Numbered from the stretch's first letter, positions 46,546 to 56,970 are shown. The stretch: DNA of 64,000 nt from Vulcanimicrobiota bacterium (GCA_003135555.1 PLCF01000062.1:1-64000); one strand, 5' to 3'. A program made the numbers and translations. The notes: generated by a model from the sequence alone, not told the origin.

Positions 46546-47217
46546 GGCGGATCGCAGCCGCGACCGGGCGAGATCTCGCTGGCCCAACATGGCGTGCTGT
46601 ACCTAGACGAGCTCGCGGAGTTCTCGCGCGCAACGCTCGAAGTGCTGCGCCAACCGCTCGAAGAGGGGACGGTGACGATCGCACGCGCTGCCGCCACGTT
46701 GACGTTCCCCGCGCGCTTCACACTGGTCGCTTCGATGAATCCCTGCCCGTGCGGCTTTCGCGGCGACCGCACCGCGGATTGCCGCTGCGACGATGCCGCG
46801 GTGCAGAAGTATCTCGCCAAGCTGTCGGGGCCGCTGCTGGACCGGATCGATCTCCACGTCACCGTGTCGCGGGTGTCGTTCGACGAACTGGTCGGGCGCG
46901 GTCCTGCAGAGTCATCCGCAGCGGTGCGCGGACGCGTCGAAGCGGCCCGCAAACGTCAGGCCGCACGGCTACGCGACACGGAGGCAGTGACGAACGCGGC
47001 GATCCCCGCCGCCGACGTGCGGAAGCTCTGCCCGCTCAGCACTGAGCCGCTCGCGCTCCTTGAAGGCGCCGTCACGCGCGGCGCGCTCAGCGCACGAGCC
47101 TTCGACCGCGTCGTTCGCGTCGCGCGCACGATCGCGGATCTCGCCGGAGCCGACCGCGTCGCCCGCGAACACGTCGCAGAAGCGCTCGTGTACCGCGGCG
47201 CCGCGAGTCGTGGCTGA
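46546..47217 (+). pseudogene. comM: comM/yifB 3' half (begins with right TSD copy)
   Basis: SQPRPGEISLAQHGVLYLDELAEF, LRQPLE, MNPCPCG, LSGPLLDRID, RVARTIADL. Confidence 0.95.
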
Positions 47218-47230
47218 GACATATTCGACG

Positions 47231-47521
47231 TTAATCGTGGCTGATGTAGAACTGCACGGTTTGGGCGAGCTCGTTGCCGGTGGCATCCTGCGCGGTCAGG
47301 CGGTATGTGCCGGCGGGTGTCGAGGCGTCGATGGCTACGGACACGCTGCCGCTGCCGCCCGAGAACAACAGCGTACCGCCGCCGAGCGTCGCGCCGCTGG
47401 TATCGTCGATCATGAGGATCTGAGCGCCGCCCGGCATGTCGGCGTAGTCGGCATTGACCTGCTCTTTGGTCTGGCCGGTATAGTCGAGCCTGGGGTCCGG
47501 GCCCTGGTCGTCGATGCTCAC
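47231..47521 (-). CDS. Small beta-rich hypothetical protein
   Basis: GGAGG before GTG; PAGTYRLTA Ig-like segment. Confidence 0.55.
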   Translation of the reverse strand: MSIDDQGPDPRLDYTGQTKEQVNADYADMPGGAQILMIDDTSGATLGGGTLLFSGGSGSVSVAIDASTPAGTYRLTAQDATGNELAQTVQFYISHD

Positions 47522-47653
47522 AACGGCCTCCGACGTTCGACTGGATGGGATGCGACACCGTGTGCTTCCACGTTTTCACCCTTCCGCGCTCTTGCGCGCG
47601 CCGATGTCTTATCGAATCGCGCCGATGATCCTTGCCGTGGCTTTGGGGCAAGC

Positions 47654-47746
47654 CGGCTGCGCGGCGCCGGCGTAGTGACAAACGCGGCGATCGCGGCGGC
47701 GGACATCCGCCGGCTGTGTCCGCTCGACGCCGACACGCTCGCGGCG
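47654..47746 (+). repeat. Diverged duplicate fragment of comM 3' region
   Basis: Encodes RLRGAGVVTNAAIAAADIRRLCPLDADTLAA versus RLRDTEAVTNAAIPAADVRKLCPLSTEPLAL at 46966-47058. Confidence 0.85.
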
Positions 47747-47817
47747 CCAACCTCGAAGTCTGCTTAGCATTGGTGAGCTTTGGGCAGATTATCGGAATCA
47801 CGATGAAGGAGCGATGA

Positions 47818-48258
47818 ATGCCCGAAAACCCAACCATTACCGGCATTAGCCAGGTTGCGACCGTGTTCGTCCCGGTTGAGAACCAGGACCGAGCGCTCAA
47901 GTTCTACACTGAAAAGCTTGGATTCGAGAAGCGTGTTGACTTCCAATACGGTGGAGGCAGCCGCTGGATAGAAGTGGCCCCGCCGGGCTCGGTTGTCGCA
48001 CTGGCGCTCGTCCCGCCAAGTGAGGGCAGGCCTGTCGGCGGCGGCCAGACCCATTGTGCATTCACAACGAAAAACATCGAGGCTGAACACGCCGCCCTCC
48101 GAGATCGAGGCGTGGTCGTCGACGCCGAGATCGCGCGCAAGGGGAAACGTAGGTCAGGGCTTGTCTCGGTTGAGGTTTCCATTGCGGACCCTGTGCCGCC
48201 GCAGTTCTTCTTTCGCGACACCGAGGGAAATCGTTTCCTGATCGTCGATGCGGGGTGA
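47818..48258 (+). CDS. VOC/glyoxalase family protein
   Basis: VPVENQDRALKFYTEKLGF, RWIEV, FFFRDTEGN; AAGGAG SD. Confidence 0.9.
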   Translation: MPENPTITGISQVATVFVPVENQDRALKFYTEKLGFEKRVDFQYGGGSRWIEVAPPGSVVALALVPPSEGRPVGGGQTHCAFTTKNIEAEHAALRDRGVVVDAEIARKGKRRSGLVSVEVSIADPVPPQFFFRDTEGNRFLIVDAG

Positions 48259-48334
48259 CCGGGCCAAGCCAGTAGACCTCGCTCTACATAGCAGGGCCAG
48301 GTCGATCGCCGATGGGTTGCAGAACCGGCTCGAC

Positions 48335-48573
48335 GCTCAAACCGTCTTGGGGACATATCCCTCGCGGTGGCCGATCGTTTGCGAGGCCATCGCAGCTTTG
48401 GCGGCGCGAGCCCAGGGTGAGTCGCAGGTTCCGTCCGACTCTGCCGCCGGCACTTCGGACTGGACGTCGAACAGGAATTGCGCTCGGGCGAGCGTCTGGG
48501 AGTTGACGACTGCACCGGCGTAGACGTCTTGCGCGAGCTGATGGTCGCAACCATGCCAGAGCGAGCGCGTGCC
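48335..48573 (-). repeat. 239-bp duplicate of the 3' end of the ABC binding-protein gene (matches 51695-51933)
   Basis: Ungapped, offset 3360, 13 mismatches by hand count; includes the stop codon. Confidence 0.95.
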
Positions 48574-48634
48574 GCAAAAGCACCGATAAATCCTGCGACA
48601 GGCTTACTCGTCTTGAAGTTTGTTCGAGAATTGC

Positions 48635-48672
48635 GCGCCGAGCGGTCAGGGCATCCGCCGACCGCTCGGCGC
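48635..48672 (-). terminator. Hairpin downstream of lipoprotein gene
   Basis: 13-bp perfect inverted repeat GCGCCGAGCGGTC/GACCGCTCGGCGC; weak U tract. Confidence 0.55.
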
Positions 48673-48691
48673 AACTCGGCGCGACAACCGC

Positions 48692-50272
48692 TTACGGTAG
48701 GTTGGGGTCTCCGAGCACCTGGGAAGGCTCGCCCGGAGTCCATGTCTCGTAACTGCGGCAGTACCCAGTGTTGTCGTCGGCCCAGTAGTCGTAGTAGGAA
48801 TGCAGCACGCTGTAGGAGTTCTTGACGACATACGAGTTCGCCCCAAGCAACTCCGGCACGGGACCGTAGCCATCGATAGTCCCACAGTTGTAGGTGTACT
48901 GCTCTGCGTCAGTCGCCGCCAAGCAGTATCCATAAGAGTCAATCGCGCAGTCAGGCGGCGCGGGTACGACGAAGGGCCCCGCTGGCTGCCGACGAGTTGA
49001 GGAGGCTAGATAGCCCGTATCTACACCATCGAACGCTTCAGTGACGTATCCGTTTGGCGAGATTTTTGAGTCCGCGGCGTTAGCGCTGGGATAATTCTGC
49101 TGGCCGCCGTAGAAATTCGCCGGATTGGTAGAATGCACCATCTCGCAGTACGTACCGCTACACGTATTTTGCCATTCTCCGTACGCCACTTCAAGATAGT
49201 GCAGTGAGTTATCGCCATTTGCGTCTACCCCGAAATACGATCCGTCATTTGTCTGTGACGATTGCCCGATGCTTGTAACGCGGGAAATGGAACATACCGT
49301 GCAGGGAGTCTGGATCTGCGCTGCATCGAGCCCAGGATGGTTTACGTCCCCAGGGGCCACAGCAAACAGCCACGCTGCGTTTTGAAATGTTACCGTTTCG
49401 GTTGGCGAGTACGCGTTCGCCGGATTGTAACCGGGGATATTTCCAATAACGACATACACCATCGGCGCACCACCGATTTGGGCAGGATTTACCAGGCCGG
49501 CCATCATTCCCAGGTAGTTGCCGCATGCATACCGCGCGTTTGGGTTCTGCAAATTCTGATGAACACTTGCACTCAAGTATGGATTAATATCCGCGGCCCC
49601 GGTGTGTGTGAACATTCCGCCTTCGTAAAGTCCGCCAATTGCATCCCGCCACTCCCAGTACATAAATCCGTTGTCCCCGCTACTTGCCATGTATGTGTCA
49701 CCACAAGGCAGGAACACTACCGCCCAACCGCCCGTCACGCCGCACCGCGAGACATTGCGAACGTATGGACCCGTGCCACCGAAAGGATCGGGAGGGGAGC
49801 ACGAGCTGGAGTAGCTACGCGTTTCCCGTCGACTGCCGGCGACCGTAGTTGCCGCGCTCACGAGACCGCCGACCGTGCGGCTTTCGGCGCGCCGCTGCAG
49901 CTTCGCTTGCGTCGCCAGCGCTATGTTGTTGGAAAGCACTTTGTGACCGTCGAAGTATAGAAAATCTCCGCGACGATTTTTGGGCATAAGGCCCATCAGT
50001 TTGTGCGCCATGATGCGATCTGCGCCGGTTACACCCGGATCGATGTAGCTGTCGAGGTCGTGATCTGAGAGAACTTTGCCTCGCGCCGGCTCAAACTTGT
50101 TCGGAACAGCCCATACCGGCGTTGCGACCGCCGTTTTTGTGGAAATTGCATGAGAACCGTACGCGCTAGGTGTCGCCGGCGCAACGCCAGCGCCTTTCGG
50201 CGAACAGCTCACCAGGGCAAGGGAAGAGAGTAATAGAGTGGTCAGGGAAACCCGGATTCCCATTCGGTCCAT
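48692..50272 (-). CDS. Cys-rich secreted lipoprotein of unknown function
   Basis: Lipobox LALVSC; multiple Cys; GPYVRNVS...LPC segment. Confidence 0.75.
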   Translation of the reverse strand: MDRMGIRVSLTTLLLSSLALVSCSPKGAGVAPATPSAYGSHAISTKTAVATPVWAVPNKFEPARGKVLSDHDLDSYIDPGVTGADRIMAHKLMGLMPKNRRGDFLYFDGHKVLSNNIALATQAKLQRRAESRTVGGLVSAATTVAGSRRETRSYSSSCSPPDPFGGTGPYVRNVSRCGVTGGWAVVFLPCGDTYMASSGDNGFMYWEWRDAIGGLYEGGMFTHTGAADINPYLSASVHQNLQNPNARYACGNYLGMMAGLVNPAQIGGAPMVYVVIGNIPGYNPANAYSPTETVTFQNAAWLFAVAPGDVNHPGLDAAQIQTPCTVCSISRVTSIGQSSQTNDGSYFGVDANGDNSLHYLEVAYGEWQNTCSGTYCEMVHSTNPANFYGGQQNYPSANAADSKISPNGYVTEAFDGVDTGYLASSTRRQPAGPFVVPAPPDCAIDSYGYCLAATDAEQYTYNCGTIDGYGPVPELLGANSYVVKNSYSVLHSYYDYWADDNTGYCRSYETWTPGEPSQVLGDPNLP

Positions 50273-50281
50273 TTGATTTTC

Positions 50282-51406
50282 CTACTTTCCGCAGTTGCGA
50301 GTTGACTTACGAAGTGGTCGAAGCAATACGACGCTGACATTCCTTCCTTTCGTGGCGAGGCCGAGGATCGAGCCGTCCGACGCAACAAAGTATGCGTCAG
50401 AAACGTGGACTTGACGTCCACTTAGCAGCTGATCGATCAGCGTCAATGTAGGCGGCGTTGCGTGCAGGTCGAAGACGAAGGCTGCGTTACTTCCCGCGTC
50501 GCGTGCTATAGATCCGACAACGAAGCCTCCCCCGCTGACGTCGTAGGCGGTCCCCTGAGCGCGCGAGATCATCTGCGCATGCGCGTTTGCATAGATCATT
50601 GGATGACCGTATGCATTCAGCGAGATACGATCGTCCCCGACGATGACTGAATTCGTGTTTGCTCCCCAGGCGACTCCTTGATACAGGTCGTGCAGAACGC
50701 CGGCACGCCACACGACGGCGTGCGGTCGCGTCGACCCACCATCCGCTGCGCTGAGCCGGTAGCCCCAGAACATGCCATCTTGGCCACCCGTTGGAATCGG
50801 GCCGCGTAACATCTTCTCCATACGACCATCTCGGAGTATTGCAGTCCCGACCGCTTCGGGGTAACCATTTGAATGCGCAGCTATGTACGATGGCTGTTCA
50901 GCGAGATCGTCGACGCCGAAGATCAATGCAGAGCTACTTCCGGCAACAATCCAGTAATTGTTTCGATCGGTAGTAGCCAGCGGAAGAATGCGATGCCAGC
51001 GTTCGCGTTCCCACATGAATGATGCCGCCTCAACACCACTATACGCGCCCGCAACGGGATTGGCGATGGTGACGATCGGTCTCCCTGATGCAAGCGCTAC
51101 GCTGACAAGCCGTGCCTGCGGAAAAGCACGTCGTCCCGACGCGTCGAGTTGTGCGGCAAAAAACGAAGCGCCAAGCAGCGCGGTGCTTGGCGGCGATAGA
51201 ATCGTTCTGCGGCCGGCTGAGATCAGTTCGACGCGGTCAAGGCTGCTCGTTTGGTTTCGAAGGAGAGCCGCAACGTTGCCGTCGCGATCCATGAATACGG
51301 TCGCAGGCTTTGCGAAAACCGGCGGACTCCACGTCGGTCGGCTTAGGTCGATATCGCCAAGCAAGGGCGTCAGCGCCAAACAGGCAACTGCTACCAGAGA
51401 CTGCAA
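50282..51406 (-). CDS. Secreted HAF-repeat-like beta-propeller protein
   Basis: AWGANTNSVIVG, AYDVSGGGFVVGS, AYFVASDGSILG. Confidence 0.6.
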   Translation of the reverse strand: MQSLVAVACLALTPLLGDIDLSRPTWSPPVFAKPATVFMDRDGNVAALLRNQTSSLDRVELISAGRRTILSPPSTALLGASFFAAQLDASGRRAFPQARLVSVALASGRPIVTIANPVAGAYSGVEAASFMWERERWHRILPLATTDRNNYWIVAGSSSALIFGVDDLAEQPSYIAAHSNGYPEAVGTAILRDGRMEKMLRGPIPTGGQDGMFWGYRLSAADGGSTRPHAVVWRAGVLHDLYQGVAWGANTNSVIVGDDRISLNAYGHPMIYANAHAQMISRAQGTAYDVSGGGFVVGSIARDAGSNAAFVFDLHATPPTLTLIDQLLSGRQVHVSDAYFVASDGSILGLATKGRNVSVVLLRPLRKSTRNCGK

Positions 51407-51696
51407 AACTAAGCCGATTGTCGGGCGGGCCTACCCGAATCCGAAAACACTACAAGCGTACTCGAGAGCGCGCGTTGACAAAGCAAGAAAAAGTCCATAT
51501 CGCCACGCTCGTCGGATCCCGACGATTCACCGAAGCACGCGAACCTTGGCATGGCACCACCCTTCTCATCCCATGTCACCGCAGCTCTTGCTAACATTGG
51601 CAACGTAGCACAAGGCCGTCAAGCTCTGCAAGGGGGCAACTGTTTCGCGTCGCGCTTCCCGGCGCTTCTAACGAGCCTTTGGGTGTTGAAGCAAGC

Positions 51697-52974
51697 TCAA
51701 ACCGTCTTGGGGATATATCCCTCGCGGTGGCCGATCGTTTGCGAGGCCATTGCAGCTTTGGCGGCGCGCGCCCAGGGTGAGTCGCAGGTTCCGTCCGACT
51801 CTGCCGCCGGCACTTCGGACTGGACGTCGAACAGGAATTGCGTGCGGGCGAAGGTCTTGGCGTTGACGACTGCACCGGCATAGACGTCTTGCGCGAGCTG
51901 ATGGTCGCAACCGTGCCACACCGAGCGCGTGCCTTTGTAGCCGTCGAAGGCATGATCGTCAAACGCGGCGGCGAGCTTCTCGGCGTCCGTGGTGTGGGCG
52001 GCCAGGATGCGATCGGTCAGCGCGACCAGGCCGCCGTAGCCGTAAAAGTGCCGCGCCGAGACGGGCGCGTTGATGGCGCGGTGGATGCGCGCCGCCAACT
52101 TGCGCGACGAATCCGACGCGTTCGGCGACCACAGCACCGAGAACGTCGCGCCGGCGATCGCGTCGAGCGGGACAACCTTGTAGTAGAAATCCTCGAGGTT
52201 GATCCCGGCGAGGTGCATCTGCTTCTGCATCCCGAACGCGACGAACTGTTTGATCGAGTTCGCCGCGTCTTGCCCGCTGTTTGCGAGGATCAGGACGTCG
52301 GCGCCGCTGTTACGAATCTTGGTGAGCGACGGCGAGAACTCGCTCGTGCCGAGCGGAACTACGTCGTGTCCCACCTCGGTGCCGCCGGCGCGCTGGAGCG
52401 CCTGGGACAGCTGCGCGTACGAGTCGCGACCCATCCCGTAGTCGGACTGCAGAAAGTACCACTTCTTGCCCAGCGCCAGCAACCGGTTTGCGAGCGGACG
52501 CATCACCATGCGCGCGTTGCAGCCGAAACGGTACGTCAAGCGCCGCGCTTTTTCGCCGGTCAGCGTCGAGTCGAACGGGCCCAGCGCCAAGTTGAAAATG
52601 CCGAGCTCGTCGACGAGCGGGCCCAGCGCGAGCCCGTTGGCGGAGGATGTCCCGCCGAAGAGCACGTCCACCTTCTCCTGGCCGATCAGCCGCCGCGCCT
52701 CCGTGGCGGCCGTGGCCGGGTTCGATGCGTCGTCACCGAACACGAACTCGAACGTCACGCGGCTGGTGCGGTTGATGTCCTCGAGCGCAAGCTGCGCGCC
52801 GGTCTTGTGCAGCGCGGCCACGTCGGCGAAGACGCCGCTGAACGAGTCCAGAAAACCGATCCGCACGACCGGCTTGCCGGCGCCGCGCGCGAACGACGGC
52901 AGCGCCGCGATCCCGGCCGCAGCCGCGCCGGCGCCCAGGACGCGAGCACGAGTCGGCGTCGAGCCATGCAACAT
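51697..52974 (-). CDS. Branched-chain amino acid-type ABC substrate-binding protein
   Basis: Tat-like leader, RIGFLDSFSG, DDASNP, GGTSSA, SDYGMG, EFSPSLTKI. Confidence 0.9.
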   Translation of the reverse strand: MLHGSTPTRARVLGAGAAAAGIAALPSFARGAGKPVVRIGFLDSFSGVFADVAALHKTGAQLALEDINRTSRVTFEFVFGDDASNPATAATEARRLIGQEKVDVLFGGTSSANGLALGPLVDELGIFNLALGPFDSTLTGEKARRLTYRFGCNARMVMRPLANRLLALGKKWYFLQSDYGMGRDSYAQLSQALQRAGGTEVGHDVVPLGTSEFSPSLTKIRNSGADVLILANSGQDAANSIKQFVAFGMQKQMHLAGINLEDFYYKVVPLDAIAGATFSVLWSPNASDSSRKLAARIHRAINAPVSARHFYGYGGLVALTDRILAAHTTDAEKLAAAFDDHAFDGYKGTRSVWHGCDHQLAQDVYAGAVVNAKTFARTQFLFDVQSEVPAAESDGTCDSPWARAAKAAMASQTIGHREGYIPKTV

Positions 52975-53049
52975 GGCGAGCGCTTCTCGGCTGGATCGAG
53001 CAGCCCTTTCGCTCAAGGGCCGCCGCATCCGCAAACGAAGTCCCGCCGC

Positions 53050-54165
53050 ATGCCCAGTTATCGCGCCGACAACGTCGGCAGCTTTCTGCGCCCCCAGGAA
53101 CTGCTCGACGCGCGGCACTCGGGCGCCGACCCGCAGCGGCTGAGCGCGATCGAAGATCGCGAGATCCGGCGCATCCTCGCCAAACAGCGGGAGCTCGGTT
53201 TCGAGATCTTCACCGACGGCGAGTTTCGCCGCGGCGGTTTCATGACCGATCTGACCGATGCCGTCGAGGGCTTCGACTCCGATGCCGGCGTCGCCCGAAC
53301 CTGGAACGCGGCCGACGTCGCCAAGGGGGTCGCGCCCAGCGCGGTGCGCGGCGTCGTTACCGAGAAGCTGCGTCAAACGCGACGCCTGACGGCACACGAG
53401 CTGCCGTTCTTGGAGCAGCACAGCCCCGGCCCGATCAAGATGACGCTGCCCAGCGCGACGCAGTTTCCGGCGATCGCCTACAAGAAGGGGATCAGCGAGC
53501 GCGCCTATCCGAACCACTCGGCGTTCTTGGCCGACGTGGTCGAGATCGTGGCGGCCGAGACGAAGGCGCTCGCCGCGGACGGTGTCGCCTACATTCAGAT
53601 CGACGCGCCCCGCTACAGCTACTACCTCGATCCGAAGTGGCGCGATTTTCTGCGCGCGGAATTCGGCGAGCCCGACGCGCTCCTGGACGAGGCGATCGCT
53701 GCGGACAACGCCTGCTTTCGCGCCGCGCGCAAGCCCGGCGTCACGCTCGCGATCCACCTGTGCCGCGGCAACAACCGCAGCCAATGGTATGCCAGCGGCG
53801 GCTACGACGCGATCGCCGAAAAACTGTTCAACGAGCTCGAAGTCGATCGGTTCCTGTTGGAATACGACGACGAACGCTCGGGCTCGTTCGAACCGCTGCG
53901 CCTGGTGCCCAAGGGCAAGACGGTCGTGTTGGGGCTCGTGAGCTCGAAATCGCCGCAGCTCGAAGAGCAGACGACGCTGCTGCGCCGCATCGATGCCGCG
54001 AGCAAGTACGTTCCGCTCCAAAACCTCGCACTCAGCCCGCAGTGCGGCTTCGCCTCGATGGCGGAGGGCAATCTCCTCACCGAAGCCGACCAATGGGCCA
54101 AGCTCCAACTCGTGGTCGACACAGCGCAGCAGGTCTGGGGTACTAGCGCACGCGGTGGAACGTGA
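53050..54165 (+). CDS. Cobalamin-independent methionine synthase catalytic-domain protein (MetE-like)
   Basis: VGSFLRP, TDGEFRR, IQIDAP, HLCRGN, LEYD, LSPQCGFAS. Confidence 0.93.
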   Translation: MPSYRADNVGSFLRPQELLDARHSGADPQRLSAIEDREIRRILAKQRELGFEIFTDGEFRRGGFMTDLTDAVEGFDSDAGVARTWNAADVAKGVAPSAVRGVVTEKLRQTRRLTAHELPFLEQHSPGPIKMTLPSATQFPAIAYKKGISERAYPNHSAFLADVVEIVAAETKALAADGVAYIQIDAPRYSYYLDPKWRDFLRAEFGEPDALLDEAIAADNACFRAARKPGVTLAIHLCRGNNRSQWYASGGYDAIAEKLFNELEVDRFLLEYDDERSGSFEPLRLVPKGKTVVLGLVSSKSPQLEEQTTLLRRIDAASKYVPLQNLALSPQCGFASMAEGNLLTEADQWAKLQLVVDTAQQVWGTSARGGT

Positions 54166-54568
54166 CGGTGCCGCCGGCGTTCACGTCGCGCCATACCATC
54201 GTGTTCGCCGTGGTGAAGGTATAGCGGTACATCCCACCGGGTGGTTTGGCGCTGGGCTCGTAGTGACCCGTGCCGACCGCAGCGCCGACGACGTAGTGGC
54301 TCTTCGGCATCCAATCGGTGACGCTGCGACCGACGATGTGGTTCGGGAACACGCGGTACGTCCCGGACTGACCCGTCACGTACGTACCGCAGCGGTCGAT
54401 TTCGTTGTAGGTTCCGGTCGTTGTCATGACGAGATCGAACTGGCAGCTCATCCCGTTGATGGGGTATGCGGCGCGCCACGACCCGGCGAACGGATCCTGC
54501 GCGGCGCTCGCGAGCGGCACGGCGCAGAGCGCAAGGGCAGCGAGAAATGTGAATATGTTCTTCGGCAC
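54143..54568 (-). CDS. Secreted hypothetical protein
   Basis: Signal peptide then DPFAGSW beta-rich domain. Confidence 0.65.
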   Translation of the reverse strand: MPKNIFTFLAALALCAVPLASAAQDPFAGSWRAAYPINGMSCQFDLVMTTTGTYNEIDRCGTYVTGQSGTYRVFPNHIVGRSVTDWMPKSHYVVGAAVGTGHYEPSAKPPGGMYRYTFTTANTMVWRDVNAGGTVTFHRVR

Positions 54569-54653
54569 ACGGGGTCGTTCATCACGGAAGCTTCGGTTCA
54601 TGCTTTCCGTTGACGGAAAGCGCGGGCTTCGTCGGCCAAAGGGGTGAACGCCC

Positions 54654-54857
54654 GTGTCGATGCCTGAACCGAAGTCCGGTGCGAAAAAGCCGCGCAAGCG
54701 CGGCGGCTCGCGTTCGTGCCGCAATAAGAACGGCTCGCCGAAGGCCGCGTTCACGACCAAGAAGCTCGCCGAGCGCGCGATCCCCGGCACGAGCGTTCGC
54801 CTCGCGCCCTACGCCTGCGCCAAGCACGGCTGGCACCTCGGGCACCGCAAGCGCTAG
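54654..54857 (+). CDS. Small basic protein with C/H motif
   Basis: C...KAAFTTKKLAE...YACAKHGWHLG. Confidence 0.5.
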   Translation: MSMPEPKSGAKKPRKRGGSRSCRNKNGSPKAAFTTKKLAERAIPGTSVRLAPYACAKHGWHLGHRKR

Positions 54858-55915
54858 GACGGCGTTCGGACCACCGGTGCGCTGCGCGGCACCGCGAAGC
54901 CCGACCGCGAGACGGGGACGCTGTCGGGACGCACCACGCCGGCGTGCATGTCGTCCCAAGCGCGCTGCAGCGATGGGACGAGCGTCCGCAGCGCGTGCGA
55001 TCCGCGCGGCTCCTCGTAGAAGCTGACCGGCAGTCCCATCCCCGCGAGAAAGCCCGCCGTCTGCTCGCCGTACTTGGTCGGAATGCTGGTGTCGTCGGCG
55101 CCGGTCACGACGTACACGCGCATATCGCTCCAGGCGATCGAGACGGGACGCACGCCGCTGTTGAGGATCGCACCGGAGACGCACAGCACCGCCGACCAGC
55201 GGTAGCCGCCGCGCGGCCCGATCTTGAAGACGCTGAAGCCGCCCATCGAATAGCCGGCCAGAAAGGTGCGGCCGCGATCGACCGGCAGCGCCGCCTGCAC
55301 CGCCGAGAGCAGATCGTAGACGTCGGTCGCCGCGGGCTCGGCATAGTCGTAGATACCGCGGCCGTAGGGGGCGACGAGGATGGTGCCGGTGCGGTCGGCG
55401 AGCCGGCGCAGCCAGGGCTGTCCGAGCAGCTCGGATTCCGTTTGCGGGTTTCCGTGCAGCACCATCGCCAGCGGTGCGCTCGCTTTCAAGCTCGCGGGGA
55501 CGTACACCGCGACGAGTTGCCAGACGCGGTCGACGCGCGACGGCACGAGCATTTCGTGCAAGCCGGGCGTTGCGCGCAACGGCGCCGCAGCACCGGTGAC
55601 GAGCTGGTCGACGGCGTCGAGGTCGAGCCGGGCGATGGCGGCGACGGTCTCGGCCCAATCTTCGGTCGGGTACCCGTCGGGCGGAGGCGTTTGCTGGCGC
55701 TCGAGATCGTCGAACAGGCGGCGGTGGAAGTTCGCGGCGCCCTCGGTGCCCAGCTCGACGTCGATGCGAGCGCGCGCGGCCGCATAGCGCTCCAACGCTT
55801 CGCCGATCGTGCCCGGCCCGAGCACCGCCGCAGCGACCGCGACCGGCCGCACGACCGTGCCCTGCATCGCAAGCACCAAGGCGAGCGCCGACAGCCGCAC
55901 CGTCCGCAGCATCAT
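54854..55915 (-). CDS. Secreted alpha/beta hydrolase (esterase/PHB depolymerase-like)
   Basis: VLHG, APYGRG, GYSMGG, GADDTSIP, GSH. Confidence 0.85.
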   Translation of the reverse strand: MMLRTVRLSALALVLAMQGTVVRPVAVAAAVLGPGTIGEALERYAAARARIDVELGTEGAANFHRRLFDDLERQQTPPPDGYPTEDWAETVAAIARLDLDAVDQLVTGAAAPLRATPGLHEMLVPSRVDRVWQLVAVYVPASLKASAPLAMVLHGNPQTESELLGQPWLRRLADRTGTILVAPYGRGIYDYAEPAATDVYDLLSAVQAALPVDRGRTFLAGYSMGGFSVFKIGPRGGYRWSAVLCVSGAILNSGVRPVSIAWSDMRVYVVTGADDTSIPTKYGEQTAGFLAGMGLPVSFYEEPRGSHALRTLVPSLQRAWDDMHAGVVRPDSVPVSRSGFAVPRSAPVVRTPS

Positions 55916-56005
55916 GCTCGGAGTGTAGCAGCCCGGACGGCGAGGAGCGAGGTCCAAGAGCGTCGCGCTGACGGTACCCCGGGGCGCGCGGCGAACGGAC
56001 CAGGA

Positions 56006-56482
56006 GTGCACCCCGAAGCGGAACGCTTGATCGCCGCGCACCGGCTGGCGCGGCATCCCGAAGGCGGCTGGTATCGCGAGACGTACCGCAGCGCCGAGCG
56101 CGTCACCACGTCGCGCGGCAGCATGCGCAGCGCGACGACCTCAATCTACTTTCTGCTCACGCCCGAGACATTTTCCGCATTCCACCACCTGTCGTCGGAC
56201 GAGACGTGGCACTTCTATCGCGGGGATCCGGTGAACATCGAGGTGATCGACGCCAGCGGGGCGCACGAAACACGCGTCGTGGGCGCCGGCGACGCGCTGC
56301 AAACCACGATCGGGGGCGGCGCGTACTTTGCCGCCCACGTCGATGCGGCCGGCGGCTATGCGTTCGTCGGCTGCGACGTGGCGCCGGGCTTTGAATTCGC
56401 CGACTTCCAGCTCACCACGCGCTCGATGCTGACCGCGGCCTATCCGCACCTCGGTCCGCTCATCGCGCGCTACACCCGTTGA
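56006..56482 (+). CDS. Cupin_5 (DUF985) protein
   Basis: HPEGGWYRET, TSIYFLL, SDETWHFY, VAPGFEFADF. Confidence 0.92.
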   Translation: MHPEAERLIAAHRLARHPEGGWYRETYRSAERVTTSRGSMRSATTSIYFLLTPETFSAFHHLSSDETWHFYRGDPVNIEVIDASGAHETRVVGAGDALQTTIGGGAYFAAHVDAAGGYAFVGCDVAPGFEFADFQLTTRSMLTAAYPHLGPLIARYTR

Positions 56483-56970
56483 CGCGCAGAGAAGTCGCGA
56501 TGCTGGTGCGGCCCATCGAACCGTCCGACGAGGACGCGTACCGTGCGATCTTGGAAGCGACCAGTGCCGACGATCGCTATTGCCGGTTCTTCCACTTCGT
56601 CGACCACTTCGACCCCGAGGAGGTGCACCGTTTCGTCGAGACGCGAGCAGACATGATCGGCATGATCGCTTTCGATGGTGCGGTGCCGATGGGTGCCGCG
56701 CACGCCGCGCTGCTGGACGACAAGACCGCCGAACTCGCTATCGTCGTCGCGAGCGGCGCACGCCATCTCGGGGTCGGAACTGCGTGTCTCGATGCGCTCA
56801 TCGCGCGACTCAAGGAACGCGGATTCCGGCGCTTGATCGCCTGCGCGCTGCGCGAGAACAGTCCCTTCGAGCACTTGGCGCAACATGCAGGCTTCCACGT
56901 GGAAACATCCGACGGCGCCGCGCTGCGTTGGGTGTTGGCACTCACCGCCGAGCCGGAGCCGGCGTCGTGA
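56479..56970 (+). CDS. GNAT acetyltransferase-like protein
   Basis: VRPIEPSD, RFF, AELAIVV, HLGVG, EN. Confidence 0.85.
   Translation: MTRREVAMLVRPIEPSDEDAYRAILEATSADDRYCRFFHFVDHFDPEEVHRFVETRADMIGMIAFDGAVPMGAAHAALLDDKTAELAIVVASGARHLGVGTACLDALIARLKERGFRRLIACALRENSPFEHLAQHAGFHVETSDGAALRWVLALTAEPEPAS

Noticed and set aside
51697..54165. 775-aa and 803-aa overlapping ORFs as single genes
   Set aside because: Each is a real gene extended by the antisense shadow of its divergent neighbour; true starts are 52974 (-) and 53050 (+).
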